A DNA stretch of 49,335 bases from Candidatus Yanofskybacteria bacterium RIFCSPLOWO2_01_FULL_49_17 (GCA_001795695.1 MGKO01000008.1:1825-51159), one strand, 5' to 3'. Positions 1-9,060 are shown, counted from the stretch's first letter. Notes: a model not told the origin generated them from the sequence alone. Program-made: numbers and translations.

Positions 1-50
1 CAGAACCTACCCCTACCCCTACCCCTGAACCAACACCTACACCCGAATAA
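1..50 (+). CDS. 3' end of an upstream CDS cut by the window edge; Pro/Thr-rich tail (..EPTPTPTPEPTPTPE*)
   Basis: Frame 3 is open from the window edge and ends at TAA 48-50. The peptide is PT-linker-like low complexity. No start is visible. Confidence 0.35.
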   Translation, partial: EPTPTPTPEPTPTPE

Positions 51-55
51 CCCGA

Positions 56-466
56 ATGTTTGGTTTAATTAAAATCATAAAGTCATTAAACAAAACAAGA
101 GAGTATGCTAAACAACATATTCTCGTAATTTTGGTCACGGTAGCTGCCGTCGCTTTTGGGTTGGCTTACTATTTTTATAGCGAGTATTCAGTGCTGAAGC
201 AAGACCCCAATAAATTAGCCCAAGAAGAAACAGCAAAGCTGATTGCTAAAGTCGGCAAGTTGATCGTCTTGCCAGAAGACGAAACGCCAACGGTGGCCAC
301 GGTGGCTGACCCTGAAAAACTGCAAAGCCAGCCGTTCTTTGCAAAAGCCAAAAAGGGAGACAAAGTCCTGATATACGCCAATGTCAAAAAAGCCATTTTG
401 TACGATGTTGAGAATAATATGATATTGGAAGTCGCGCCGATAAACATCGGTAATGTCAATAAATAA
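56..466 (+). CDS. hypothetical protein with one N-terminal transmembrane anchor
   Basis: 136-aa ORF with a hydrophobic segment ILVILVTVAAVAFGLAYYFY near the N-terminus. Its stop overlaps the start of the next same-strand ORF (operon-like packing). Confidence 0.55.
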   Translation: MFGLIKIIKSLNKTREYAKQHILVILVTVAAVAFGLAYYFYSEYSVLKQDPNKLAQEETAKLIAKVGKLIVLPEDETPTVATVADPEKLQSQPFFAKAKKGDKVLIYANVKKAILYDVENNMILEVAPINIGNVNK

Positions 467-1796
467 TGTGAAATCTTGTCTTGCGCTGGCGCTTATCATA
501 GTGTTCGCGGGCTGGCCTGTTTTTAGTTTTGCCGAAATATCAATAGGCGCAAGTTTGTCTTCGGACAACTTCAGGGTCTTGGATCCGCAGCATTCTTTGT
601 TCGGAGGCACCGCCTCTTCAAGCTCTTCAAACTTTCTTTTGACGGCCACGATAGGGGACTTAGCCATCGGATCGGCTTCAGCGACAACTTTTGGTTGGCG
701 CAGCGGGTTTTTGTATTATCCTAAGGTTACAGCGCCAACCCTTAATACGGCAACGGCGGGCAATGGGCAAGTCGCGCTATCTTGGACGGCGGCGGCGGCC
801 TATCAGGGCTGGACCATCGGCGGATATAATATCTGTCACAAGAGCACGGGGAGTTATACCTGTGTAGATACATCTTCAACGGACACTTCAGCCACTAAAA
901 CTGGTTTGACTAACGGTACGACCTATACCTTTAAGATCCAGGCCTACGACGGATTGGCGGCTAAAAATGTGATAGCTGAATCAAACGAAAAAACCGCCGC
1001 GCCTGCCGTCACCGCCACGCCAACGCCTACTCCGGCGTCTGGCGGCGGAGGTGGCGGATATGCTTTTATCGCCACAACACCGCCTGGTCCGGTAGGAGTG
1101 GTCGTTGTTTCCGGCATTTCCTACCCCCAATCAACCGTTTCCATATATAATGACGGAGTTTTGGCCGCATCCATCAAGAGCGATTCCGGCGCCAAATTCC
1201 AGGCCAGCATCACTAATATCGCGGTCGGGACCCATACTATCGGGTTGAATTCCCAGGACGCTAATGGCCAGAAGTCATTAACCGTTAGTTTTGTCGTGAA
1301 TGTGGTTGTTAACACCACTGTCAGTTTGACCAATATCCTCCTGCCGCCAACAATAGATATCAGCGCGACCCAATTATCGCGCGGCGATATTTTAAACATA
1401 TTCGGCCAGGCCCAGCCGCTGTCAGAGGTCAACGTCCATGTATTTTCAGCAGAGGTAGTCAATGAGCTGATTTCCGACAACAATGGAGCATATAAAGTGG
1501 CATTTGATACCAAATCGCTGGAAGATGCCGCTCATATCACCAAATCCCGGGCAATCGTGAATGAAGTGGTCAGTCCGTTCTCTTCAGTCCTCCAGTTCAT
1601 CATCGGCAAGGTCTTGACCAAGGGAGGAACGAGCGATGTCAATAATGACAGCCGGGTCAATATCAAGGATTTCAGCATCCTTCTTTACTGGTGGAACACT
1701 AAAAATGAGACCGGTCTTTCAAAAACAGACCTCAATCGGGACGGAAAGGTGAACATAGTGGATTTCAGCATCATGCTTTATCAATGGACAGGATAG
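453..1796 (+). CDS. secreted surface protein: signal peptide, FN3/Ig-like beta modules, C-terminal dockerin-like double repeat
   Basis: 447-aa ORF with an N-terminal signal-like segment CLALALIIVFAGWPVFSFA and an FN3-like stretch (GNGQVALSWTAA..GTTYTFKIQAYD). The C-terminus carries two repeats, DVNNDSRVNIKDFSILLYWW and DLNRDGKVNIVDFSIMLYQW, matching the dockerin Ca-binding pattern DxNxDGxxNxxD. Confidence 0.7.
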   Translation: MSINNVKSCLALALIIVFAGWPVFSFAEISIGASLSSDNFRVLDPQHSLFGGTASSSSSNFLLTATIGDLAIGSASATTFGWRSGFLYYPKVTAPTLNTATAGNGQVALSWTAAAAYQGWTIGGYNICHKSTGSYTCVDTSSTDTSATKTGLTNGTTYTFKIQAYDGLAAKNVIAESNEKTAAPAVTATPTPTPASGGGGGGYAFIATTPPGPVGVVVVSGISYPQSTVSIYNDGVLAASIKSDSGAKFQASITNIAVGTHTIGLNSQDANGQKSLTVSFVVNVVVNTTVSLTNILLPPTIDISATQLSRGDILNIFGQAQPLSEVNVHVFSAEVVNELISDNNGAYKVAFDTKSLEDAAHITKSRAIVNEVVSPFSSVLQFIIGKVLTKGGTSDVNNDSRVNIKDFSILLYWWNTKNETGLSKTDLNRDGKVNIVDFSIMLYQWTG

Positions 1797-1851
1797 GGCC
1801 AGCTTCGCTGGAATTTTTAAATCCTAATTTCTAATCTCTAAATAAATTCCA

Positions 1852-2712
1852 ATGACCAAAATCTTAAAATTCTTTTTATTCATTATTTTCTATTTCCTAC
1901 TTTCTGGTCCAGCCCAGGCGGCGGAGCTATATTTTGAGCCGCGTCCGGCAACTTATATGGTCGGAGACGATTTTTCTTTGTCTTTGATTTTGGATACCGA
2001 AGGCCAGTCGGTCAACGCCGTTGACATAAACATCCTGGTCCCGAAGCTCTTGAGGGTAAAAGATATTTCCAAGGACGGTTCCATCCTACAGTTGTGGCTG
2101 AATGAGCCGTCGTTCTTAAGTGCGGCTTCAGGCATGACCATACATTTGGCCGGCGGGATACCGGGCGGGGCGATAACATCAAAAGGCACCGTCGCCAAAA
2201 TTAATTTTGAAGCGGCCGCCATCGGGGAGGGGAACATCGCTTTCTTGCCTGAATCGGCCATTTTGCTTAACGACGGCCAGGGAACAAAATTGGATTTAAA
2301 AACAACCGGCGGACCCTTATTTGAGGTTATTCCCAAGCCAAAAACTGCTGAAGCGGTTTCCTCGAGGCCGGAAAAGCCGGACGAGACCCAAAAGGAAAGA
2401 ACAGACAGGAAAAAGCCGGCCAGATTTGAGATATTGTTTGGCCAAGACCCGAGGGTCTTCAATGGAGAGAAATTCATATCTTTCTTCACCACCGATGAGG
2501 CTTCCGGCGTCAGTCATTATGAGGTCAAATTAGAAAAAGAGCCGTTCAAGATCGCCCGGTCTCCTTATTTGATCAAGGACATTTCAGCCAGGAGCGTCAT
2601 AAAAGTTCGGGCTTACGACACGGAAGGCAATTATAGGGAAAGTGTGTACCCGGGATTGCTCAAACGGTTTTGGTGGTGGATAACTAATTTCGTTGACCGT
2701 CTCCGGCTGTAG
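1852..2712 (+). CDS. secreted cohesin-like domain protein
   Basis: 286-aa ORF with a signal peptide ending AQA. The N-terminal ~150 aa (ELYFEP..GDDFSLSLILDTEGQSVNAVDINILVP..LNDGQGT) is a clear paralog of the N-terminus of the next ORF and resembles cohesin-domain proteins. The C-terminal beta module (SGVSHYEVK..VRAYDTEGN) is also paralogous to the next ORF. Confidence 0.6.
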   Translation: MTKILKFFLFIIFYFLLSGPAQAAELYFEPRPATYMVGDDFSLSLILDTEGQSVNAVDINILVPKLLRVKDISKDGSILQLWLNEPSFLSAASGMTIHLAGGIPGGAITSKGTVAKINFEAAAIGEGNIAFLPESAILLNDGQGTKLDLKTTGGPLFEVIPKPKTAEAVSSRPEKPDETQKERTDRKKPARFEILFGQDPRVFNGEKFISFFTTDEASGVSHYEVKLEKEPFKIARSPYLIKDISARSVIKVRAYDTEGNYRESVYPGLLKRFWWWITNFVDRLRL

Positions 2713-2735
2713 TATAATAGAATCATTCACTCCGA

Positions 2736-4238
2736 ATGATTCCTATAGAGAGTCGCAATAAAAAAAGATACCGCACTATATTCATAGTAGTTTTTGGTTT
2801 ACTCGCATCTCTTTTTCTGGCCGCTTTGCCGATGAAAGCCATCCAGGCCGCCGCTCTTTATTTTTCGCCTTCCGCCATAACCCGCTCCATCGGCCAGACG
2901 TTCTCTGTGTCGGTAAAGGTCAATACCGAAGGCCAGGCAATCAATGCCGCTCAAGGGTCCATTGTCTTTGAGGAGCAGAAAGTTCAAGTGACCGGTGTCT
3001 CCAAATCTGGGTCTATTTTCAATCTCTGGACCCAGGAGCCGACCTATTCAAACGCGGAGGGAACTATTAATTTTGAGGGCGGATTGCCCAATCCCGGTTA
3101 CAGCGGTTCATCCGGCCTGATATTGACCATAAATTTCAGGACGAAGACCGCGACCACCATCAACGGGTCAACCGACGTTTCTCTTGTTTCGGGAGCGATC
3201 TTGGCCAATGACGGGCAAGGCACGAATATTTTGACAAGCTTGGGGAAGTTGAGCTTGACCGTAAATCCGACCAGCACCAACGCGCCGACCGGGCCAGCAA
3301 CTTCTTCTCAAGAGACAGCAATACCGAGCAATACACCAGATGTAAAATCATCAACCCACCCGGACAGCGCAAAATGGTATAACAATGACAGTCCGCAATT
3401 CTCGTGGACCCTGCCATCAAATGCCACGGCGGTCAGTTATCTCATCACCGAAAAACCAGTATCAAATCCCGGACCGAATTCGGACGGACTCATATCTAAG
3501 ACATCAGCCATTGACCTTGCCGACGGCACCCATTATTTCCATGTCAAGTTCAAGATAAACGGCGCTTGGGGTCCGATAGCTCATTTCCAGTTCAACATAG
3601 ACACCGTGCCGCCGGAAGATTTTGAGATAAGCGTGGCTGAAACCGAAGCTAAAAATTCAAGAGATATCACATTTTTAGCCACTGATGCCACTTCTGGCAT
3701 TGATTATTATGAGGTTAAAGCGGGAGAGAGAGCCGATTGGAAGACCGTAAGTCAAGAAGATGCTGGCCAGTCCTACCGTATTGAACTTGTGCGAGGCGTC
3801 AATCGTGTTGATGTGAAAGCCGTTGATCTGGCCGGCAACACGACAAAGTCATTTAAGGAAATAGAGATTGTTTCGGCCAAGGTCTCTCTAAGCGTAGGGG
3901 AGTGGTTCTCGGGTCCTTTTGACTGGCTGGTGCTGGTCATCACCAAATACGGATTGTTTATAGTGGTCATGGCCGTCCTTGTCGGGTTGGTGATGCTCAT
4001 ATTCAAATTGATAGAGGTCAGTTGGGAGCACATCAACAAGCGCATCAAGGCCATGGCGGTCACTAGAGCGGAAGAAAGGAAGTCCGAGCGGGTATTAGAC
4101 AAGATTCTGCGAGACATGGAAAGCGAGATAAAATTCCTGAACGGCATCAGCCGACACCGCCGGCTGGGCCCGGAAGAGAAATACCTCAAATCCAAATTGG
4201 AGCAATATAAAAAGGTTCTTAAGGACTTTAAATCCTAA
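2736..4238 (+). CDS. membrane-anchored cohesin-like domain protein
   Basis: 500-aa ORF with an N-terminal signal/anchor and a cohesin-like module (ALYFSP..GQTFSVSVKVNTEGQAINAAQGSIVF..LANDGQGT). A C-terminal TM helix (GLFIVVMAVLVGLVMLIF) is followed by a charged tail. Confidence 0.6.
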   Translation: MIPIESRNKKRYRTIFIVVFGLLASLFLAALPMKAIQAAALYFSPSAITRSIGQTFSVSVKVNTEGQAINAAQGSIVFEEQKVQVTGVSKSGSIFNLWTQEPTYSNAEGTINFEGGLPNPGYSGSSGLILTINFRTKTATTINGSTDVSLVSGAILANDGQGTNILTSLGKLSLTVNPTSTNAPTGPATSSQETAIPSNTPDVKSSTHPDSAKWYNNDSPQFSWTLPSNATAVSYLITEKPVSNPGPNSDGLISKTSAIDLADGTHYFHVKFKINGAWGPIAHFQFNIDTVPPEDFEISVAETEAKNSRDITFLATDATSGIDYYEVKAGERADWKTVSQEDAGQSYRIELVRGVNRVDVKAVDLAGNTTKSFKEIEIVSAKVSLSVGEWFSGPFDWLVLVITKYGLFIVVMAVLVGLVMLIFKLIEVSWEHINKRIKAMAVTRAEERKSERVLDKILRDMESEIKFLNGISRHRRLGPEEKYLKSKLEQYKKVLKDFKS

Positions 4239-4241
4239 TCC

Positions 4242-4418
4242 ATGGTACCAGCATTACCGCCGTTTGATTTCAGCCGATTCTTCAATCTGCAAGGGATATC
4301 GAGCGGAGACGTGACCCAGGTCGTCAAAGCCGTTTTGATACTGGTCTTGAACATCTTTCTGACCACTATCTCGGTGATCAGTCAGATCATCCAGGTAGTT
4401 CTCGGTTTGATAAAATAA
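4242..4418 (+). CDS. possible small (58 aa) membrane protein
   Basis: Hand-read ATG 4242 to TAA 4416-4418; no ORF this short appears in the supplied track. The C-terminal half is hydrophobic (AVLILVLNIFLTTISVISQIIQVVLGLI). It lies between the cohesin gene and the operon terminator and has no clear SD. Confidence 0.3.
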   Translation: MVPALPPFDFSRFFNLQGISSGDVTQVVKAVLILVLNIFLTTISVISQIIQVVLGLIK

Positions 4419-4475
4419 TTTTGCGACATATTGCAGGCCTGCCTGCCGCAGGCAGGGGAGTCGGGGACCCTAAAA

Positions 4476-4506
4476 TAACCCCTCCTAAAAGGAGGGGTTA
4501 TTTTTA
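4476..4506 (+). terminator. intrinsic terminator of the surface-protein operon
   Basis: TAACCCCTCC-TAAAA-GGAGGGGTTA (10-bp stem) followed by TTTTT. Confidence 0.7.
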
Positions 4507-4852
4507 TTATTCGGTATTCCTGGCCGGAGGTTTTCTTCTCCGATGAGGGAGAGAATTTTTTGAAAAATATTTTTTATTATTTTAATGCCTACGAGTCAAG
4601 AATCTTTAAAAAATTATTTTTTATTAACCTTATTATTGCCGGGCCAACCATTGCTATAGAATAGGTCGCATAACCTACAATGTGCGGCGTACTGTATATC
4701 CTAAAAACCAGCCCCCTTAATAAAAATGTGTCTCTGAATTATTTTATATTTAATTTATTTTTCCGTTTGTTTTGCTCTCTGTTCATCACACTTCCCCATT
4801 CCTGTTGGTATGCTAATATGTTTAAGAATTTAATTATTTAAATCCTTAAATC

Positions 4853-5527
4853 GTGCCCCGACTAATTTTTGACATTGAGACCATCGGCGCTGACTTTGAA
4901 TCTTTGGATGCCAAGACCCAGGAGGTCCTTATGGAACAGGCCGAAACAGACGAGGAACGCCGGCTCATCCGAGAAGGCCTCGGTTTCTCTCCCCTGACCG
5001 GCAGAGTGGTGGCGATAGGTATTTTAAATCCTGACACTAAAAAAGGCGCCGTCTATTATCAGCAGCAGAATCGTGAGAAGGACGAGGAGGATGAGATAGC
5101 TCAATACATCCCTTGCAAGGACGAAAAAAAGATCTTGCAAAGATTTTGGGAGGTGGCCGGCCACTATGATCAGTTCATCACTTTCAACGGCCATACTTTT
5201 GACTGCCCTTTCATTATGGTCCGCTCGGCGATATTAGAGGTCAAGCCGACAGTGCAATTATTCCAGAATCGCTATTATGACCGGCCGCATTTGGACCTCT
5301 ATGACCGTTTGAGCAACTTCGGAGCGGCCCGTTTCAAGAAACCTCTTCATATGTGGTGCCAGGCCTTCGGCATCAAAAGTCCGAAAGCCGGCGGCACTGA
5401 TGGCAACGAGGTCGCTCGCCTATTCAAAGAAAAAAAGTGCCTTGATATCGCCAAATATTGTGCCGGCGATATCATCGCCACCGCCAAGCTCTTCGCTTAC
5501 TGGGAAAAGTATCTCTCGGGCAAATAA
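4853..5527 (+). CDS. DEDD-type 3'-5' exonuclease, PolB-exonuclease-like (RNase H fold)
   Basis: 224-aa ORF with a GTG start. Exo motifs: FDIETIG (ExoI), FNGHTFDCPFI (ExoII), YCAGDIIAT (ExoIII YxxxD). Confidence 0.75.
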   Translation: MPRLIFDIETIGADFESLDAKTQEVLMEQAETDEERRLIREGLGFSPLTGRVVAIGILNPDTKKGAVYYQQQNREKDEEDEIAQYIPCKDEKKILQRFWEVAGHYDQFITFNGHTFDCPFIMVRSAILEVKPTVQLFQNRYYDRPHLDLYDRLSNFGAARFKKPLHMWCQAFGIKSPKAGGTDGNEVARLFKEKKCLDIAKYCAGDIIATAKLFAYWEKYLSGK

Positions 5528-5552
5528 AATATCCGGCTTTGCCGGATATTTT
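5526..5552. terminator. bidirectional terminator hairpin between the convergent exonuclease gene and typA
   Basis: AAAATATCCGGC-TTT-GCCGGATATTTT; the A/T runs on both sides are part of the stem. Confidence 0.6.
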
Positions 5553-5595
5553 ATTTAGAACATTCAGCTTTAATACGGCCGTCCGTTCGGCAAGC

Positions 5596-7422
5596 TCAAG
5601 ATGAACGAGTAGCTTTTACTCGTTCATTCTCGGTCAGATATTGCTTTCGGAGGCGGACGGAGGTCGGGGTTATCTCCAGATATTCATCTTCGCCCATTAT
5701 TTCAAGGCCTCGTTCCAGAGTGAGCCTCAAAGGCGGAGCCAGCATCACGTTTTCATCCGAACCGGCGGCTCGCATATTGGTCAGTTTTTTGCCTTTAATG
5801 GGATTAACGGTCATATCGTCGCCTTTAGAGACGTCGCCAATGACCATGCCCTCATAGACCTCGGTATTGGGGCCGATATAAAGGCGTCCGCGCTGTTGGA
5901 GGTTGTCTAGGGCATAGGCCAGGGCTTTCCCCGTCTCCTGCGAGACCATAGAGCCCACAGAGCGCTTCTTTATATCGCCGGCGTAGGGCTTAAAACCAAT
6001 AAAACGGCTAGCCAAAATCCCCTCGCCTTTCGTGTCAATAATGAATTCATTGCGGAAACCCAAAAGTCCCCGAGTCGGTATTTCAAACGCCATTCGGGCC
6101 TGATTATGTCTTTGCTCCATACGGGTCATCACACCCGCTCGTTTCTGTAATTTTTGAATTACGATGCCGGATGATTCCTCCGGCACGTCAATGACCGCCT
6201 CTTCAAATGGTTCTAATTTTTCACTGTTTACTTCATGGAAGAGGACTTGGGGCTGGGAAACCTGGAGCTCATAGCCCTCGCGGCGCATATTCTCCAGCAG
6301 GATGGCGATGTGCAGTTCTCCCCTTCCATAGACCTTAAAAAAATCATTATTACTGAAATCAACTTTCAGCCCGATGTTGACCTCAAGCTCGCGCTCCAGG
6401 CGCTCGCGTATCTGGCGGCCGGTCACAAATTTGCCTTCCCGGCCCGCAAACGGAGAGTCATTGACCAGGAAGTTCAAAGAGATGGTCGGCTCATCCACGT
6501 GGATGGCTGGCAGGGGCTCTGTGTCTGGGTTGGAACAAACGGTCTCGCCGATATAGATGTCGGGGATGCCGGCGATCATCACAATATCCCCCGCCCCCAC
6601 ACCAAACGACCGATTGCCTTCGGCCTCAATGTCAACCCTATTCATTCCCTTGAACGTGAATATTTTATTAATTTTCCCGGTTCTGGTCTCGCCAGTTGTT
6701 TTTTTGATATAAACGGTCTGGCCGGGAGTCATAGTTCCGTCCCATACTCGGCCGATACCCAAACGGCCGAGAAATTTGTCATAGCCGAGGTTGAACGGCT
6801 GGAAACGCAACGGAGCCGAAGCATCTGATTGAGCGGCCGGCACATATTCCAATATCGTATCTAATAGCGGGTCAAGATTTTTGGCTTCCTCCTGTATATC
6901 TCTTTTAGCCACTCCATCCCGTCCGATGGCATAGACGGTCGGAAAATCCAGCTGGGCCTCGTTGGCCCCAAGGTCAATGAATAATTCCAGAAGTTTCTCA
7001 TGGGTCATATCCACATTGGCGGCCGGCTTGTCTATCTTATTGATAACCACGATAGGTTTGAGGCCCAGTTCCAGAGCTTTCTTCAAGACGAATTTGGTCT
7101 GCGGCATCGGGCCTTCCTGCGCGTCAACAACGAGCAAAACGGAATCAATGGACCGCAAGACGCGCTCCACCTCCGAACCGAAATCGGCGTGGCCTGGCGT
7201 ATCCACGATATTTATCTTAGTGGGCTCTCGCCCTGAGCCTGCCGAAGGGTAAATTAAAGAAGCATTCTTGGAATATATGGTAATTTGCCTCTCGCGCTCT
7301 ATGTCATTTACATCCATGCTGAAATCAGCGCCTACGGCGCCGGTTTGTTTCAGAAGCATGTCGGTCAGGGTTGTTTTGCCATGGTCAACATGCGCAATGA
7401 TTGCGATATTACGTATCTGCAC
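5596..7422 (-). CDS. typA: translational GTPase TypA/BipA
   Basis: 608-aa ORF with AIIAHVDHGKTTL (G1), DTPGHADF (G3), NKIDK (G4) and EF-G-like domain order. GTG start at 7422. Confidence 0.95.
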   Translation of the reverse strand: MQIRNIAIIAHVDHGKTTLTDMLLKQTGAVGADFSMDVNDIERERQITIYSKNASLIYPSAGSGREPTKINIVDTPGHADFGSEVERVLRSIDSVLLVVDAQEGPMPQTKFVLKKALELGLKPIVVINKIDKPAANVDMTHEKLLELFIDLGANEAQLDFPTVYAIGRDGVAKRDIQEEAKNLDPLLDTILEYVPAAQSDASAPLRFQPFNLGYDKFLGRLGIGRVWDGTMTPGQTVYIKKTTGETRTGKINKIFTFKGMNRVDIEAEGNRSFGVGAGDIVMIAGIPDIYIGETVCSNPDTEPLPAIHVDEPTISLNFLVNDSPFAGREGKFVTGRQIRERLERELEVNIGLKVDFSNNDFFKVYGRGELHIAILLENMRREGYELQVSQPQVLFHEVNSEKLEPFEEAVIDVPEESSGIVIQKLQKRAGVMTRMEQRHNQARMAFEIPTRGLLGFRNEFIIDTKGEGILASRFIGFKPYAGDIKKRSVGSMVSQETGKALAYALDNLQQRGRLYIGPNTEVYEGMVIGDVSKGDDMTVNPIKGKKLTNMRAAGSDENVMLAPPLRLTLERGLEIMGEDEYLEITPTSVRLRKQYLTENERVKATRSS

Positions 7423-7462
7423 AGTGTTAAATTATATCATGTTTAATGAAATTAAGCTAACT

Positions 7463-7496
7463 AAAAATCGTCCCTCAATTATTCGGGACGATTTTT
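7463..7496 (-). terminator. terminator after rpmA
   Basis: AAAAATCGTCCC / GGGACGATTTTT 12-bp inverted repeat overlapping the rpmA stop codon. Confidence 0.6.
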
Positions 7497-7773
7497 AGTT
7501 AGGTACCACGTTGACCACTTTCACTATCCGACGGTCGCCATTGAAGCCGGTCTTGCGCTTGGTGGTGAATCTCACCTTGCCGGGCATAGAGGCATAGATG
7601 GTGTAATCGGAGCCGAGACGGACGCCCTGGCCGGCCAGGAATTTCGTGCCGTGCTGGCGAATGATGATACTGCCGGCATTGGCCGTTTGGCCGTCGGCGA
7701 GCTTTACGCCTAGATATTTCGGTTGTGAATCGCGGCCATTTTTAGTAGTGCCTATCGCCTTTGTATGTGCCAT
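7495..7773 (-). CDS. rpmA: 50S ribosomal protein L27
   Basis: MAHTKAIGTTKNGRDSQPKYLGVK.. is the canonical L27 N-terminus. I start at the internal ATG 7773, not at the 7803 start given in the ORF track. Confidence 0.9.
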   Translation of the reverse strand: MAHTKAIGTTKNGRDSQPKYLGVKLADGQTANAGSIIIRQHGTKFLAGQGVRLGSDYTIYASMPGKVRFTTKRKTGFNGDRRIVKVVNVVPN

Positions 7774-7803
7774 TTTGTCCGAGAGCGCAGCGATCGGCAA
7801 CAA

Positions 7804-7990
7804 AATGGCATCCCGCCCTAATTTTGCCGTATCTGCCCTCCGCTACTAAAAATTTACAAAAAACTTATACTAGAGATGTAATTCGCGAGGGGCGGATAGC
7901 CCCATCCCGTTATGGGCGAAGCGAATTACTCATGGTGTCTAGCCGCAAAATTAGGGCTGGGACGCCAGACATCTCTAGCCATTAAACTTG
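7804..7990 (-). promoter_or_regulatory. candidate structured 5' leader / ncRNA upstream of rpmA
   Basis: Long complementary pairs read by eye: 7807-7827 with 7945-7966 (~20 bp, 1 bulge); 7870-7879 with 7969-7978 (10 bp); 7878-7886 with 7921-7929 (9 bp) enclosing the small hairpin GGGGC-GGATA-GCCCC. The first two helices cross (mutually exclusive or pseudoknotted). The strand is uncertain. Confidence 0.3.
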
Positions 7991-7997
7991 CCTAAAC

Positions 7998-8369
7998 ATG
8001 ATAGCAGATTTCAAGGAGAGGGTCAAACTTTATTACCAACGCCATGAGCGCCTTATTTTCCTCGTGTTTTGCTTAATATTGGTCATTGGCATCGGCTATA
8101 ACATCGGCCGCGCGTATAGCAATCATAAGGGTGGTTCCCAGCAATCAATTTTATCTGCGGGCACGCCCACAACGAGCAAAAAACCGGCGATAACTGCGAC
8201 CCCAAAAGACCCGCGGGTCGTTGTTTCTAAGGCGGCAAAATCAATGCTCTATCACTATGTTTGGTGCTCCGGCGCCAAAAACATCAAGGAAGAGAACGAG
8301 CTCTGGTTTGGTTCGGCCTCTGCGGCCGAGACGGCCGGTTATACACTAGCCGCCAATTGCACTCCTTAA
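7998..8369 (+). CDS. membrane-anchored protein with C-terminal Ada-Zn-binding-like (sunset-type) motif
   Basis: 123-aa ORF with an N-terminal TM (LIFLVFCLILVIGIGYNIG). The C-terminus LYHYVWCSGAKNIKEENELWFGSASAAETAGYTLAANC fits the YH..C....I...N...F.S..EA...GY..C pattern. Confidence 0.6.
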   Translation: MIADFKERVKLYYQRHERLIFLVFCLILVIGIGYNIGRAYSNHKGGSQQSILSAGTPTTSKKPAITATPKDPRVVVSKAAKSMLYHYVWCSGAKNIKEENELWFGSASAAETAGYTLAANCTP

Positions 8370-8427
8370 TAGTGGACGTTATCTCGTATACCTGGTTTAT
8401 CCTCGGTTAAATAAAATATCTGAAAAA

Positions 8428-8472
8428 TTAATACAATTAGCACTTTCATGATGAGAGTGCTAATTGTATTAA
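8428..8472. terminator. bidirectional terminator hairpin
   Basis: TTAATACAATTAGCAC (8428-8443) / GTGCTAATTGTATTAA (8457-8472), a 16-bp perfect inverted repeat between convergent genes. Confidence 0.6.
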
Positions 8473-8508
8473 AAAACTAAACCACGGAGGACGTCGTCAG
8501 TTATTTTG

Positions 8509-8964
8509 TCAGTTACTTTTGATGGAAATAATGAGGTTCACTTTGAGATTGTGGCCGAGAACGATTGTTATTTGATGTTCTCCGATGTGTTTGATGTGCT
8601 CACCGTGCTCGCCCAAGTCAATCATATCGGGTTCTATCTTGAATCCCGAGACCCGAGACGCTTCTTTTGACATGTCGGCCTTGGAAACCGAGGAGAAAAG
8701 GGTGCCGGTTGGACTGGCTTTTTTCTTGAATTCAATGACCATGCCGTTTAATCTTTCAACGGCGGCATTGGCCTGTTCCTTTTCCCGAAGGCCTTGAGCT
8801 TGTCGAAGGGCTTTGAGACGATCCACTTCTTTGGTTGAGTTTTCGTCCGCGATACGCACCAATTTTCTCGGAAACAAAAAATTACGCGCATAGCCGTCGG
8901 AAACATTCTTAATGTCCCCTATCTGCCCAAAACCCTTGATATTTTGCAGTAATATTACTTTCAC
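8509..8964 (-). CDS. rplI: 50S ribosomal protein L9
   Basis: [35 protein letters not shown] is the typical L9 N-terminal domain. Confidence 0.9.
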   Translation of the reverse strand: MKVILLQNIKGFGQIGDIKNVSDGYARNFLFPRKLVRIADENSTKEVDRLKALRQAQGLREKEQANAAVERLNGMVIEFKKKASPTGTLFSSVSKADMSKEASRVSGFKIEPDMIDLGEHGEHIKHIGEHQITIVLGHNLKVNLIISIKSN

Positions 8965-9060
8965 TAAAAAATCTTATCAAAAACTAACCTTCCCTACGAG
9001 ATTGACTATATCACCCAACAAGTGTATAAATTATTAGATCGTATTCCCCAGGGAGGCCTT

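Noticed and set aside
4507-4852. ~350-nt A/T-rich ORF-free stretch upstream of the exonuclease gene.
   Set aside because: It is low-complexity A/T-rich sequence with only short weak hairpins (for example TCTCC-GATGA-GGGAGA near 4538-4553). It has no repeat partner, tRNA-like or conserved-looking structure, and is most simply promoter or spacer DNA.
8481-8491. AACCACGGAGG just downstream of the rplI stop, whose minus-strand transcript would be complementary to the ACCACGGAG seed-like motif of sRNA-like unit 3.
   Set aside because: A specific 7-9-mer can plausibly occur by chance in a window this size, so on its own this is not evidence of targeting. It is kept only as a test suggestion under the array finding.
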